DNA from: a virus
Lineage: Duplodnaviria; Caudoviricetes
IMG/VR virus record: IMGVR_UViG_3300021962_000129
Coordinates: 1 to 56,495 of that record
Direction: 5' to 3' (one strand)
Length of the DNA: 56,495 nucleotides
The translations under genes and the position numbers were made by a program. Shown here one piece after another: positions 6,833 through 16,858 of this stretch (positions are counted from its first letter, which is position 1; the number at the start of each line of letters is the position of its first letter). The notes beneath the pieces are model-generated. The model was not told where the DNA came from. It ran no database searches and saw nothing but the letters and a program-made list of their open reading frames with translations.

Positions 6833-9515
6833 CTTCAGATCCTTGTTTTCTCAAATCAGTTCTACTGACTAATCCTCGATCCATACCTTGTTTGTTAACT
6901 CTAGCTTCATGAGATCCTCCAGAATTAGTTTTACCTGTAAATTTACTAACCTTACTTATAGAAGGTCCAGTTTTAGTAGGATCAACTGAAGAGCCCTCTA
7001 GCCTATATCCATTATCCGTTAAATGCATAGTAAAATTATTTGATAATACATCTGAGATAAATGAACCAGTGACTCTATTATGCCCATAACAAGAATTAGT
7101 TGCTTTTGAATAATCTTGTGCTAGTATTGGAATATCATACTGATGTGCTCCTGCAAATAATTGCATTTCACAAGCAAATGCTAATCTTTGTTTTTTAGCC
7201 TCTTCTGAATTACCTTGCATCATTTTTTTTCTTTTTGCATTCATACAAATGTTTAATGCTTTCATAATTTGTTCTTTAGCTAAAGTTTGTGATGCAGGAT
7301 CTCCTTTTTTGAGTAAATCTTGAGCACCACCAACTAATTCTACGACAGATTGAGCCAGCTTTGTATCTAAAGAAGTTACATCAGAACTTTCTAATTCTAC
7401 CTCTAATCCTTTTGTTGATTGAGATAACATATCACCTATTTTTTCCATTGTATCATGTGTAACTTCTTTACCACCAAGAGTAACGGTATCAGCTTCAATA
7501 GGTGTAGTGGAAATAACACTCAGTGGCGCAGTCCATTTTCTAGCTTCTTTAAAACCTTCTTCAATTTGACGATCAGTTAAACTTACACCAGCTTCCTTAG
7601 CTCTTTCTTTAATTGTTCTATATGTTGTTTGTTTATGTTCCCTTACTTCTTCTTCAGTTAATTCACCCATGTTTCCTGCGTAATTTTCATTGAACTGCCT
7701 AATATATTTATCTATATTTCCTCCAGCCATAACATCAACTTGTTGATTAATATTTTGTCCGGTTGCTGTACTTATTTTAAATTCTCCTCTTTCAGAAGTT
7801 GTAACTTTTAGTGATGGTTTTAAATATCTAACTGTACTAATTCCTCTATCTTTACACACATCTTTAAGCAACAGATATTCAGGATCGTTTTCACCATTTT
7901 CAAAAGTAGATATTAGCTCTGGATCATCTAGGTCAGAAGTTTTATATTGTGATCCTGTAGCCTCTTTAGCTTTTTCAGCACTAGCCTCATCAAAATAGAA
8001 AAGAAGAACGTCAGTCTTTCTTGCAGAGCCTCTTTTCTTTCCAACTAAAGAACTCCAAGAAGCTGAAGCTACTGCTGGTTGTTGTTGAATCATTAGTGTA
8101 GCAGTTGCTCCAATCTTTTTTACCTTATCATAAATTAATTCTATTGCTTGTTCATGATCAACACTGTTTAAATCTATGCCATCTTTTTTAATTACTTCAT
8201 ATATTTCATTTCTGAATTGTTCGATAGTATCTACAGCATCAGAATTTCCTATTACGTCTTTATTAAATCCAAATTGAGATAATTTATCACACGCTTTTGC
8301 TAGCTGATAAGCGTGTAATGCATAGATTTTTTTAGCTTCCTCTGCTTTAGCATTTAAAACTCCACATAGTTTTGGATTAGTTGTTTTGCACTCGTCAGCT
8401 ACTTTTTGCAGATTCAGTGCATGAATTCTTGCATTTGTCATTTTCTCTATAGTGTTACCTAATGCAGCACTAAAAGCTTGAGAAGTTCCTTTGTCTGATT
8501 TAAAATCGCTTATCAACCCATTTGTATCTTTTTTTGCTTTCTCTAATAATAATTTTGCAATTATTTCTGCAGAGCCTCTATTACCTAAAGATATTTTAAA
8601 AGAGCCATCTTCAGAAGTTAATGTTAATTTCTTTCCATCACCTGAACCAATCCAACTAATTCTATTTTGAATAAAATTGATATCTTGAGCATCTAATTTT
8701 TCTTTTCCTAGCATGTCAAACATTTTATTAAAAATATCTTTGACATTGAGTTGAACTTCTTCTGGTGTTAATTCAGAACTGTCTATATTACCTTCACTAT
8801 CTAATTTCAAAACTGCTGATTCATAGATTCTGTCGCCTATTGATCCTTGGGACTCACCAAACAAACGTCTTTGAAGTTCGGCTGCGAATTTGTTTGGATC
8901 ACATTTATTTGAATCTATTGGTAAAAGAGGTTTTATTTTACCTCTAGGTGCTTTTTTTGCTCTTTCTGGCGTACACCCAGTCGCTTTCATTACCTCTTGT
9001 AAAAGATTTCTTGCTGATTCACCTAAATCTTCATTTAAAAATGTTGGGACTTGTTCAAATAAAGTAGGAGCCATTCCTATCAATGTGGTCATAGATTTCA
9101 TTTGATCTACAAACTTCTCAACGGTTCCTATTACTTTTTTAAATATTTTCCCAGTAGTTCCGCCTTTTGATTTTTTTTGTTCCGGTTCTTGTTTTGATAA
9201 TAATTGAATTAATCTATTTTGAAAATCCGGGGTTTGTTGATTGTAAGTATTTATACCGTCTTGAAAAGCTGTTAAACCTTCTTCTGTCGTATATATTTTT
9301 ATTTTATTTCCATTCTTAGCAAGATATGGATTAGTTGTACCTGCGTCTTTTCCAACATTTCCTTTAGCATGTTGCAAGGCATTTTGTAATTCTTGCTGTG
9401 CCGCTTGATCTTGTTGAACGGCTTCTTCAGCTTCACTAATAAGAAGATGATTACCTAAAACTTTTCTGTTATAAAGTTTTTCAAAAGATGTTAAAATGTC
9501 TAGGTAATAACTCAT
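6825..9515 (-). CDS. Large hypothetical protein, possible internal virion protein
   Basis: 896-aa ORF with its own -10-like box; N-terminal LISE|AEE resembles a prohead protease site; KTD...SLK motif. Confidence 0.6.
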   Translation of the reverse strand: MSYYLDILTSFEKLYNRKVLGNHLLISEAEEAVQQDQAAQQELQNALQHAKGNVGKDAGTTNPYLAKNGNKIKIYTTEEGLTAFQDGINTYNQQTPDFQNRLIQLLSKQEPEQKKSKGGTTGKIFKKVIGTVEKFVDQMKSMTTLIGMAPTLFEQVPTFLNEDLGESARNLLQEVMKATGCTPERAKKAPRGKIKPLLPIDSNKCDPNKFAAELQRRLFGESQGSIGDRIYESAVLKLDSEGNIDSSELTPEEVQLNVKDIFNKMFDMLGKEKLDAQDINFIQNRISWIGSGDGKKLTLTSEDGSFKISLGNRGSAEIIAKLLLEKAKKDTNGLISDFKSDKGTSQAFSAALGNTIEKMTNARIHALNLQKVADECKTTNPKLCGVLNAKAEEAKKIYALHAYQLAKACDKLSQFGFNKDVIGNSDAVDTIEQFRNEIYEVIKKDGIDLNSVDHEQAIELIYDKVKKIGATATLMIQQQPAVASASWSSLVGKKRGSARKTDVLLFYFDEASAEKAKEATGSQYKTSDLDDPELISTFENGENDPEYLLLKDVCKDRGISTVRYLKPSLKVTTSERGEFKISTATGQNINQQVDVMAGGNIDKYIRQFNENYAGNMGELTEEEVREHKQTTYRTIKERAKEAGVSLTDRQIEEGFKEARKWTAPLSVISTTPIEADTVTLGGKEVTHDTMEKIGDMLSQSTKGLEVELESSDVTSLDTKLAQSVVELVGGAQDLLKKGDPASQTLAKEQIMKALNICMNAKRKKMMQGNSEEAKKQRLAFACEMQLFAGAHQYDIPILAQDYSKATNSCYGHNRVTGSFISDVLSNNFTMHLTDNGYRLEGSSVDPTKTGPSISKVSKFTGKTNSGGSHEARVNKQGMDRGLVSRTDLRKQGSEVS

Positions 9516-9531
9516 AACTTATTATAGAAAT

Positions 9532-9567
9532 AAAAAAGGAGCCTATCTAAAAATAGATAGGCTCCTT
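9532..9567 (-). terminator. Rho-independent terminator after the tail tube gene
   Basis: Perfect 14-bp stem aaggagcctatcta/tagataggctcctt, 4-nt loop, followed by a T run on the minus strand. Confidence 0.9.
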
Positions 9568-9588
9568 AGAACGTTAATTTTAGTTAAA

Positions 9589-10224
9589 TCAGTTAGGGAA
9601 GAAACCTGTGGTTAGGTTAGCTCCCTCGTTTCTAATTCCACTTTGGAACATATCAATGAAGTCATACCTAAAGGTACACTCAATTGTATGGAAGTCATTA
9701 GTTCCATAATTATGCTCTCCAATGTTAACCTCTATAGGGAACACACCTATGAAATCTACATATGAATAAGGTGTTAATGTTCCATCATATTGAATCAATC
9801 TTACTTTTTCTGCTTTAAAACTCTTGCTAGCTGCAGCACCATTAGTGATTGGAGCAGAGTAACCAGTTAAAGGATCGTAAGCACAGGCTCTAAACCAAGC
9901 AAACAAGTTTGAACCAGTCTTGCTGGCGAATAAGTTATCGAAGGTAATCTTCAACTCATTCATATTGCTCTTGCCGGGATAGAAGTACCTGTCATTTAAT
10001 CTATGAACTTCGATTGGCTCTATTTTAGGGCCAGTAGCTGCAACTTGTTTGGCAGCTACGCTCATTTGTCTGATACTAAGTCCTTCTGCACCTTGTGGGA
10101 AGGTAAATTGAACTTCAAATTGATAAGCTCTTACTGAATCTAGCCCAGTAGAAAGTTTAGGTAATCTTGTTTGATTATTTGCTAACGCATTTCTTTCTGA
10201 AGCTAACCTATTAGATATTGCCAT
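9589..10224 (-). CDS. Tail tube protein (T4 gp19-like)
   Basis: YYPGK-like YFYPGK, ITFD, FAW and terminal F(R)YD; directly downstream of the sheath gene. Confidence 0.88.
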   Translation of the reverse strand: MAISNRLASERNALANNQTRLPKLSTGLDSVRAYQFEVQFTFPQGAEGLSIRQMSVAAKQVAATGPKIEPIEVHRLNDRYFYPGKSNMNELKITFDNLFASKTGSNLFAWFRACAYDPLTGYSAPITNGAAASKSFKAEKVRLIQYDGTLTPYSYVDFIGVFPIEVNIGEHNYGTNDFHTIECTFRYDFIDMFQSGIRNEGANLTTGFFPN

Positions 10225-10230
10225 ATTTTA

Positions 10231-12375
10231 TTATGCTCCTATGCTTGAGGTATTGTTAGTTAAATTAACCTCAAAGATTATATACTCAGCAGCCTCAACT
10301 GGCCTTAAGATAATCTTACACCACATCTCTCTTCTTGATACTCTTAATGGAGTATTTACGGTAGCATCGCAAATAACTCTTGATTCAGCGATACCTCTAC
10401 GAGAAGCGATGTCTCTTAGAATGTCCTCAACATTAGTTCTTACAGCCTCCCAAGTTACTGGATCATTAGGCTCGAAAATGTAAGCTCTGGTTGATTGCAG
10501 TAAGAGTTTTCTTAAGTAAATCATCAGTCTTCTAACACCAATTCTATCGGTGGCAGAAGGAAGTCTCTTTGCTGTCTTTTGTCCGAAGATTGTTATACCT
10601 TCTGGGAAGAACTTAACCATAGGGTTAATATTATTCTCATAAAGAGCATCCTTATCTCCTTGGCTTAAAATTTCCTCAGTATCAAGAGGCTTTGTTAATC
10701 TACCTCTTGTAAATCCTGCAGGAGCGAACCAAGGTTCAGCGGTGGAGTCTGTGAAAGCCATAGCTCGTACTCCATAAATTGCAGGATCTAACCAAATATC
10801 TCTTTGTGTATAAGTGCTGAAAATTTGAACGTGAGGCCAGTACACAGCAACGTATGAGCTATTTATTGCTGCTTTTCTATCTCCAAAAGTTCCTTTACCA
10901 TTCATCCAATCTACAGCTTTTTGAGCAGTAGATATTCCGTAAGGAGGAGAACATGCGGCAATAAAGTTTTGACTAGTCTCAGCTAAAGTAATTAATTCGT
11001 TTTGAACTGCTGCTTGATGAAATCCGGGAATTATAGCCATAGAGATATTTAAATTATCGTCATCTAAAGCGTACATTCCTGATTTAGTTGCTTTATCACC
11101 AATTATTGTTGCAATCACGCTACCCGAAGTATCAGTATCTTCAGCGATACCATTAATTCCTCCTGAAAGTGGATAAGTACCGGGAAGTAGTTTTACAAAC
11201 CTAGCATCTATAGCGGAAGCTTTCCATGAAGAAGGAGCATAACCAGCATTTTCAACATATATCCCAGAAGGAACAATGTTGAAAAGGTCGCTTATTGGTT
11301 GTGCTACTGACTCCAAAGAAACTATGGTTGTAGCAGATACAGCGGAACCTTCAAAAGATCCTTTAATAAAATCAGAATTTAAAGGAGTATCATTTTCTGA
11401 TTCTTTAATAACTTCGGTTATGAAAGTATTATCTCCATAGAATCCTACTCGGAACGATTCATTGACATAACCTTTATCGTTAACGTAGATATTAAAATAA
11501 GGACCAACAATATTATCCACTTCTACGCTTAGTCCAGTAACTTCCCCAGTCCTTAAAGACCTTCCCAAATTATAACCTAATCCACCATAAAGAGATTGAA
11601 TTAAATAACTAACTCCTTTTTGTAAAGTTAAACCATAACCACTAACAGCACTAGCAGAAGAAAGATTAGCTATAGTGAAAGGACCCGACCCACCCGTCCC
11701 AGACTGAAATGCTACTGAAGATAATAAGAAACATGTTACTGCTTTAGTGGTATCAAGATCACCTCCGCCCGTTAAAGCACTGGCTGATGATAATTCTAAA
11801 AGATATTCAGGACCAGCAACGGTTGCAAAAATATGAAGAGTATTGTCACCGGGATCTCTTGCAACTCCTACAAGATCAGCTTTAGCAGTACCATCGCCAA
11901 AAGCAGTTTGCATGGCTTCAAAAGAAGTGGCATATCCATTTCCGCTTGGTATTGAAAAAATCTTATCTAAAAGAACTGTGCCAGATTTAGATAATTTTGC
12001 CTTAATATACAAAGGTTCTGAACCAGAAGTAGAACCGAAGTAATTTGAATATGTTGAGCTAAAGGTTACATAAGGACATACACCTAAAGGAATTAAAGAA
12101 GAAGCTTCTACAGATCCACTTGCCGCTCTTACAAAATAAATTCTGTTTGTAACTTCAAGTATTTCTAGTGCGGCTAATAAACCTTGTCCTTGTAAATTCT
12201 CATTTGGTTCTCCAAATGTATTTACAAGTTGTTCTGGTGTTGTGATTAAAATAGCCTTATTTTCTGGCCCTTTATCAGCAAAACCAACTATACCAACGAT
12301 TGAAGAATCAACTGTTGCTGGATAAGCTGTTGCGTCAACTTCACGATAAGCAATGCCGGGACTTTTTAATACCAT
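10231..12375 (-). CDS. Tail sheath protein (T4 gp18-like)
   Basis: SPG..REVD N-terminus, PWFAPAGFTRG, INP, GQKT, RIGVRRL and FEPND. Confidence 0.96.
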   Translation of the reverse strand: MVLKSPGIAYREVDATAYPATVDSSIVGIVGFADKGPENKAILITTPEQLVNTFGEPNENLQGQGLLAALEILEVTNRIYFVRAASGSVEASSLIPLGVCPYVTFSSTYSNYFGSTSGSEPLYIKAKLSKSGTVLLDKIFSIPSGNGYATSFEAMQTAFGDGTAKADLVGVARDPGDNTLHIFATVAGPEYLLELSSASALTGGGDLDTTKAVTCFLLSSVAFQSGTGGSGPFTIANLSSASAVSGYGLTLQKGVSYLIQSLYGGLGYNLGRSLRTGEVTGLSVEVDNIVGPYFNIYVNDKGYVNESFRVGFYGDNTFITEVIKESENDTPLNSDFIKGSFEGSAVSATTIVSLESVAQPISDLFNIVPSGIYVENAGYAPSSWKASAIDARFVKLLPGTYPLSGGINGIAEDTDTSGSVIATIIGDKATKSGMYALDDDNLNISMAIIPGFHQAAVQNELITLAETSQNFIAACSPPYGISTAQKAVDWMNGKGTFGDRKAAINSSYVAVYWPHVQIFSTYTQRDIWLDPAIYGVRAMAFTDSTAEPWFAPAGFTRGRLTKPLDTEEILSQGDKDALYENNINPMVKFFPEGITIFGQKTAKRLPSATDRIGVRRLMIYLRKLLLQSTRAYIFEPNDPVTWEAVRTNVEDILRDIASRRGIAESRVICDATVNTPLRVSRREMWCKIILRPVEAAEYIIFEVNLTNNTSSIGA

Positions 12376-12384
12376 TTAATCACC

Positions 12385-12561
12385 TTATGCGTTAATAATT
12401 CTTATGAGTTTTCTTTTACCTAAAACTACAAGTTGTTCGGTAATTGCTGTATCCTCAACGACCAGCTTTTCTTTTGGTTTGAGCCACACAGCAGTCTGAC
12501 CTTCATTAGTTTTTAAGTATATCTCGAAACCCTGATTGGTTTCGTTTTTAATGATCTTCAT
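12385..12561 (-). CDS. Small hypothetical protein (58 aa), not in the ORF track
   Basis: AGGAG 6 nt before ATG; MKIIKNETNQGFEIYLKT...RKLIRIINA; its stop abuts the sheath RBS. Confidence 0.75.
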   Translation of the reverse strand: MKIIKNETNQGFEIYLKTNEGQTAVWLKPKEKLVVEDTAITEQLVVLGKRKLIRIINA

Positions 12562-12571
12562 AAGAAACTCC

Positions 12572-12585
12572 TATGTATATCTATA
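12572..12585 (-). promoter_or_regulatory. Two overlapping putative late promoters (TATAGATA, TATACATA)
   Basis: TA-N-ATA motif immediately upstream of the small ORF-sheath-tube unit. Confidence 0.55.
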
Positions 12586-12625
12586 TAAGTTAACTTAATT
12601 TTTTACTAAAAATATCCCTATTTTA

Positions 12626-13480
12626 TTAATTAGTTAACCATGTCATAGACTGTAATTCCTCTGGAGTTACATACTCTTCATGGCTATGTGAATGTGAGTG
12701 ATCGGGAACGTTTGTACCGGGAGTTGTTGGTTGAGCTTCTGCTTCTGTTATTGAGGTCAAAGCTGACTCAAGCTGTGCTACAGTTTGAGGTGTTAATTTT
12801 CCTGATTCAAACTCAAATTCAAAGTTAAGTTTTTCTATTTTTCCCGTAGAAGTGTATAGGAATTTTGGAGCGGGCATATAAGTTTCTAATGTTAGATTTA
12901 TAGACTTTTGCAGGACTCTATCTTCTTTGTCAGAAACTTTTACTTCAGAATCATCTTCTTCAGATTCAATAAAAACTTTAAGAATTAAATTACTATTAAC
13001 AGAAATGTTTAAATCTGGATTAAACATTGAAAATAGTATTTCTCTTAATTGATCTAAATCGTTCTTATAAAAAGACCATAAATTTAAGCTATATGAAATA
13101 GTTACAGGTCTAGGAGGTAAACTTACTATTCTGATTGCCCTTTGTAGTTTGGGGTGCCAATATTTCTCATCTATTAATAAAGGAGTGTATCTTTGTTTTT
13201 TATCAAATATAGCCGTTGAGTTTTCTGATATTGTTATGACAGGCAAAACTACATTAGCTTCATTAAATATAATACCTATTGCTCTTTCTGGATTTGCATG
13301 ATAGCATTTAACTCTTGTTGAATTGTTGTTGCCGTCCATGTAATTTATATTAGAAAATTTATTTATTAAATACCTTAAAGTATTTTTATACAAATAATGT
13401 ATATGCTTACTAGGATCAGAATCAATCTTTTTAAAGATTTCATCTACTATATCATGCCTAGCTCTAAGGGGTGTTCTCAT
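12626..13480 (-). CDS. Tail terminator / sheath stabiliser (T4 gp15-like)
   Basis: LPVITI, PRPVTISYSL and DQLREILFSMFNP pattern; follows the gp14-like gene. Confidence 0.75.
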   Translation of the reverse strand: MRTPLRARHDIVDEIFKKIDSDPSKHIHYLYKNTLRYLINKFSNINYMDGNNNSTRVKCYHANPERAIGIIFNEANVVLPVITISENSTAIFDKKQRYTPLLIDEKYWHPKLQRAIRIVSLPPRPVTISYSLNLWSFYKNDLDQLREILFSMFNPDLNISVNSNLILKVFIESEEDDSEVKVSDKEDRVLQKSINLTLETYMPAPKFLYTSTGKIEKLNFEFEFESGKLTPQTVAQLESALTSITEAEAQPTTPGTNVPDHSHSHSHEEYVTPEELQSMTWLTN

Positions 13481-14046
13481 AAGTCTATTTGATCTCCTAG
13501 TTGATTAGGTCTATTAAATGTTTTTTCATTATGAATAGATTCTGTATCTCTGAGAAGATTGCAGTAAGCTAATAAATGATAAACTCCGTATGATTCAAAA
13601 GAGTCTTCTGATACTTGATATATTTTATATTTTATATCTTGAAATAATGGAGCAATAATATCTCCTACTATTAAAGATCTTCCTAATTTTCTTTCTATAT
13701 AAAGTTTATTAAAAGTAAATATTTGATCGTTTTCTAAACTTATTCCAAATTGATTTAAGTTTTGTTCTATTGCTTTTGGTTCATAGTGAGCAAAGACAGT
13801 TATTGGTTCTTTAGATATAGCTTTAGATCTTGATTCCATATAAACATCATCGTACTCTTGAGAAGGGTAGTATTTGTAAATGTTTACTTTAGAACCAGAA
13901 ATCCTTATGGTTTCGTCATCTATTAAATTAAAAAGATCACGATCAGGATTTGAGTCATCAAAAAAATTAAGTATACTATCGTTAGCATCTACCTCAATTA
14001 TTGGTAGTTTTGTGGGAGGTTTTTTTACGACGTATTTTTCTTTCAT
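13477..14046 (-). CDS. Neck / head completion protein (T4 gp14-like)
   Basis: DETIRISGS, DDVYME, QFGI and GDII motifs; synteny. Confidence 0.75.
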   Translation of the reverse strand: MKEKYVVKKPPTKLPIIEVDANDSILNFFDDSNPDRDLFNLIDDETIRISGSKVNIYKYYPSQEYDDVYMESRSKAISKEPITVFAHYEPKAIEQNLNQFGISLENDQIFTFNKLYIERKLGRSLIVGDIIAPLFQDIKYKIYQVSEDSFESYGVYHLLAYCNLLRDTESIHNEKTFNRPNQLGDQIDL

Positions 14047-14909
14047 TAATATACTGAGAAGAGTGGTGGCTCTTCAATCTCCATTAATAACTCTTTCATA
14101 AGAGTTTCTTTTTCTTTAGCTGACTCTTGAAGTAAATCTTTACCATCCAAAGCAGCCCCCTTTCCGGGACCCGGAATAGATTGATACTTACCTCTTACTC
14201 TCCCTAAAACAGATTTAGCACAAGCTAAAGCGTACCTTTGTACCCAGTTCCTAAACGCTGGAAGTATGGTATTTGAATCCAGTGCCCTATATTCTAATAT
14301 GACTGGACTTGGAGTTACTGGAGGTTCTGGATATAATTGTAGATACTTTCCATTTACGATGTCGTAAGATCCATCTCTTGATAGGACTTTGCGAATCATT
14401 TCCATGTACTGCTGAACTAATAGATAATCACCAACATTCATATTTTGAAAAAATCTATTGTTTTGCCAGAATCCTAAAAAGAAATCAAATTCTAACGAGC
14501 CTTTACTAAATTGAAAAGCTAGTAAATCTTTTTGATAAATTACATAATTTAAATTATTAGCTACGAATGCTGGAAGTTCATATAAGCTAATTCCAGCAGA
14601 TGCGTCAAAAACTGCATATTGTAAAGCCCAACTTGGAGCGTGATAATCTAATTTAGTAACTGCCTCATCTATACAAGTTTTTATTTGAAATGGAGTTAAC
14701 TCAACTCTTACAACCGGATGCCCCAGTTGAGCCATTACATAATCTTTTATGGTTTGATCAAACTTGTTAAATTCGACGTTGTCGATTATTAAATTTTTAT
14801 TTAATGCATCAACATCAATATCAGAGGATTCTGTGTACAAAGTAAGATTATTACCTTTGTACTTACCATAAGATGAACCATACGCAGTAATCGTTGGTTT
14901 AGCTATCAT
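14046..14909 (-). CDS. Neck protein (T4 gp13-like)
   Basis: LGHPVVRVELT..QI..CIDEA, WVQRYALA..K..LG..RGKY and LDG motifs. Confidence 0.88.
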   Translation of the reverse strand: MIAKPTITAYGSSYGKYKGNNLTLYTESSDIDVDALNKNLIIDNVEFNKFDQTIKDYVMAQLGHPVVRVELTPFQIKTCIDEAVTKLDYHAPSWALQYAVFDASAGISLYELPAFVANNLNYVIYQKDLLAFQFSKGSLEFDFFLGFWQNNRFFQNMNVGDYLLVQQYMEMIRKVLSRDGSYDIVNGKYLQLYPEPPVTPSPVILEYRALDSNTILPAFRNWVQRYALACAKSVLGRVRGKYQSIPGPGKGAALDGKDLLQESAKEKETLMKELLMEIEEPPLFSVY

Positions 14910-15117
14910 TTAAATAATCTCCCGACTTTGTTGTTTTAATTTGTTTTTTTATTTCTTTCTTTTCAACGACTGGATTTGGATATTCAGTAACATCAACTAA
15001 AAAGTTATTGTATATAACCGAAGTCGAGGAGATTATTTCATTTGGTTTAACACAAAATATTTTATTATTTATGTTAATTGCTACTTTAAGATTAGATATA
15101 TTTTTGTATTTAAACAT
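14899..15117 (-). CDS. Small hypothetical protein
   Basis: 72 aa with GAGGAG RBS, preceded by a late-promoter motif. Confidence 0.65.
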   Translation of the reverse strand: MFKYKNISNLKVAININNKIFCVKPNEIISSTSVIYNNFLVDVTEYPNPVVEKKEIKKQIKTTKSGDYLNDS

Positions 15118-15131
15118 AACTCCTCTATTCT

Positions 15132-15139
15132 TATGTAGG
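15132..15139 (-). promoter_or_regulatory. Putative late promoter CCTACATA
   Basis: Just downstream of the capsid terminator and upstream of the neck genes. Confidence 0.55.
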
Positions 15140-15150
15140 GTCTATAAAAT

Positions 15151-15178
15151 AAAAAAGCGGGGCTTAAAGCCCCGCTTT
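15151..15178 (-). terminator. Rho-independent terminator after the major capsid gene
   Basis: Stem aaagcggggctt/aagccccgcttt followed by a T run on the minus strand. Confidence 0.9.
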
Positions 15179-15198
15179 ATAAGATAATCTTATTCAGA

Positions 15199-16839
15199 TC
15201 ATCTGGCTAGTGTGTTAGTGAGACCTAAGGTGCTAACGCGAGCAATAGAAGGTGTCATGTAGTTCTTACCTGCACCTACGAGTCTTATAACTCTGTAGAA
15301 TCTATTGGCTGGGGCGATTGCGGCCTTAGCATAACGGGTCATGATACCCTTTCTTGGTTGGAAGGTCTCAGGATCAGTTATGGTTTGGATTGGCATGAGT
15401 GGGATGTATGGGCAGTATACGAAGCCAGCATCCATTGGATTGGTTCCGTTATAACCGACGATGATCTCGTCTTCTGGGAAGAGAGGATCGACGATTAAGG
15501 TGTACTTGCCAGCAAACTTGCCACGGTACTCAATTCTGTTACCCATGTTGGTTGGGCCGTCCTTCTCAGGAAGACCACCCTCAAGCTTGGCGGCTGACTC
15601 TAGGAGTGAAGCGACCAGTGGTGAGGTGATCAGTACTGTACCGGGACCACGCATTGTGGTACGGTAAATGTCCTGTGAAGCATGGTTAATTAAAGCAAGC
15701 AGGTTGCTGTAAATGTGACCAACATGTTGAGGAGCAAAATTTATTCCAGTGAATCCGTAGATTGGATTAGTTAAATCCATTACGAATACGTTTGAACGAG
15801 CGGTATCGTTTGTTGGAATTTTATTTGTTCCAGTTGCTCCAAAATCCATATCGTATTGGAAGCTTGATGGGATAAATCCGTGAGTCTCATTTGGTGATTT
15901 ACCATAAGTCTCACCGAAATTATTAGCTCCATTATTATCCAATCTCTTTGGAGTCCATCCAAATCTATTAGTGGCATCATCTTGAGCAAATCCGTAAGCT
16001 ATTCCACGGATGTCTTCGATTAACTCACGATCAATTTCGAGAGCAATTTCCTTGCTGAGGAGATCAGTTAGCTCGCGCTCTAGATCAAGATTGTGGTAAG
16101 CCTTGAGATCTTGTGAAGCCTCAATGGTCCACAGGGCTCTCATCTTACGAGTCTTGGCTACTACAGCTTGATTCTCGATGTGGAAGCTAATTTCAGGAAT
16201 AGCTGAGTTAGCTAATCTCTCACCTGCTGACACGAACCAAGCCTCAACAGTATTCTCATCTGGGAAAGCAGCAATCTTACCACCGTAAGTTGAGCTGGGT
16301 GAACCTCTAGTTGAGCTTAGAACGTTTGAAAGATCAAAGGTTCCAGCACCACTATAGTTTGCGGGAATTAATCCACCGTTTCCGGTAGCATTCATATCAT
16401 TCCAAGGACCAGCAGTTCCGGGTGCGGAAACTGAACCAATACCTTCGGCTGTTAAGCCACGGTAAGTTAGATTATACTTTGAATAAACGTTTTGTTGCTT
16501 ATAAGTATTATCATTAGCTTTTCCTGCACGGCTGTTACCAATGTAGAAGATCTGGCTGACAGGTCCTTCCATTGGTTGGGTTGAACCAATCATGTTGAAG
16601 ATCAGTTCTGGGAATACTCTACGAACGATTGGGAAGGCAAACTTTTGGAAGGTGCCTAACTTGCCAACAGTTGTAGCTCCGGGAGTAAGCTGCTCCTCGG
16701 TCAGTTTGCTAGCCTCGGTCAGAACGGCCTTGGCTTGATTCTCTAAAAGTTGAGCGGTTACTTCAGCCATGTAGTCGGTCTTGATACCGTCTAGGGCTTT
16801 CTCCCACTTCTTAACGACATTACTATCAATTTTTTTCAT
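15199..16839 (-). CDS. Major capsid protein (T4 gp23-like)
   Basis: LLENQ, PIVRRVFP, QPMEGP, AKTRKMRALWTIEASQDL, EIDRE, YCPYIPL, TFQPRKGIMTRY; AGGAG supports start at 16839. Confidence 0.97.
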   Translation of the reverse strand: MKKIDSNVVKKWEKALDGIKTDYMAEVTAQLLENQAKAVLTEASKLTEEQLTPGATTVGKLGTFQKFAFPIVRRVFPELIFNMIGSTQPMEGPVSQIFYIGNSRAGKANDNTYKQQNVYSKYNLTYRGLTAEGIGSVSAPGTAGPWNDMNATGNGGLIPANYSGAGTFDLSNVLSSTRGSPSSTYGGKIAAFPDENTVEAWFVSAGERLANSAIPEISFHIENQAVVAKTRKMRALWTIEASQDLKAYHNLDLERELTDLLSKEIALEIDRELIEDIRGIAYGFAQDDATNRFGWTPKRLDNNGANNFGETYGKSPNETHGFIPSSFQYDMDFGATGTNKIPTNDTARSNVFVMDLTNPIYGFTGINFAPQHVGHIYSNLLALINHASQDIYRTTMRGPGTVLITSPLVASLLESAAKLEGGLPEKDGPTNMGNRIEYRGKFAGKYTLIVDPLFPEDEIIVGYNGTNPMDAGFVYCPYIPLMPIQTITDPETFQPRKGIMTRYAKAAIAPANRFYRVIRLVGAGKNYMTPSIARVSTLGLTNTLAR

Positions 16840-16858
16840 TTTGTATAAACTCCTGAAT

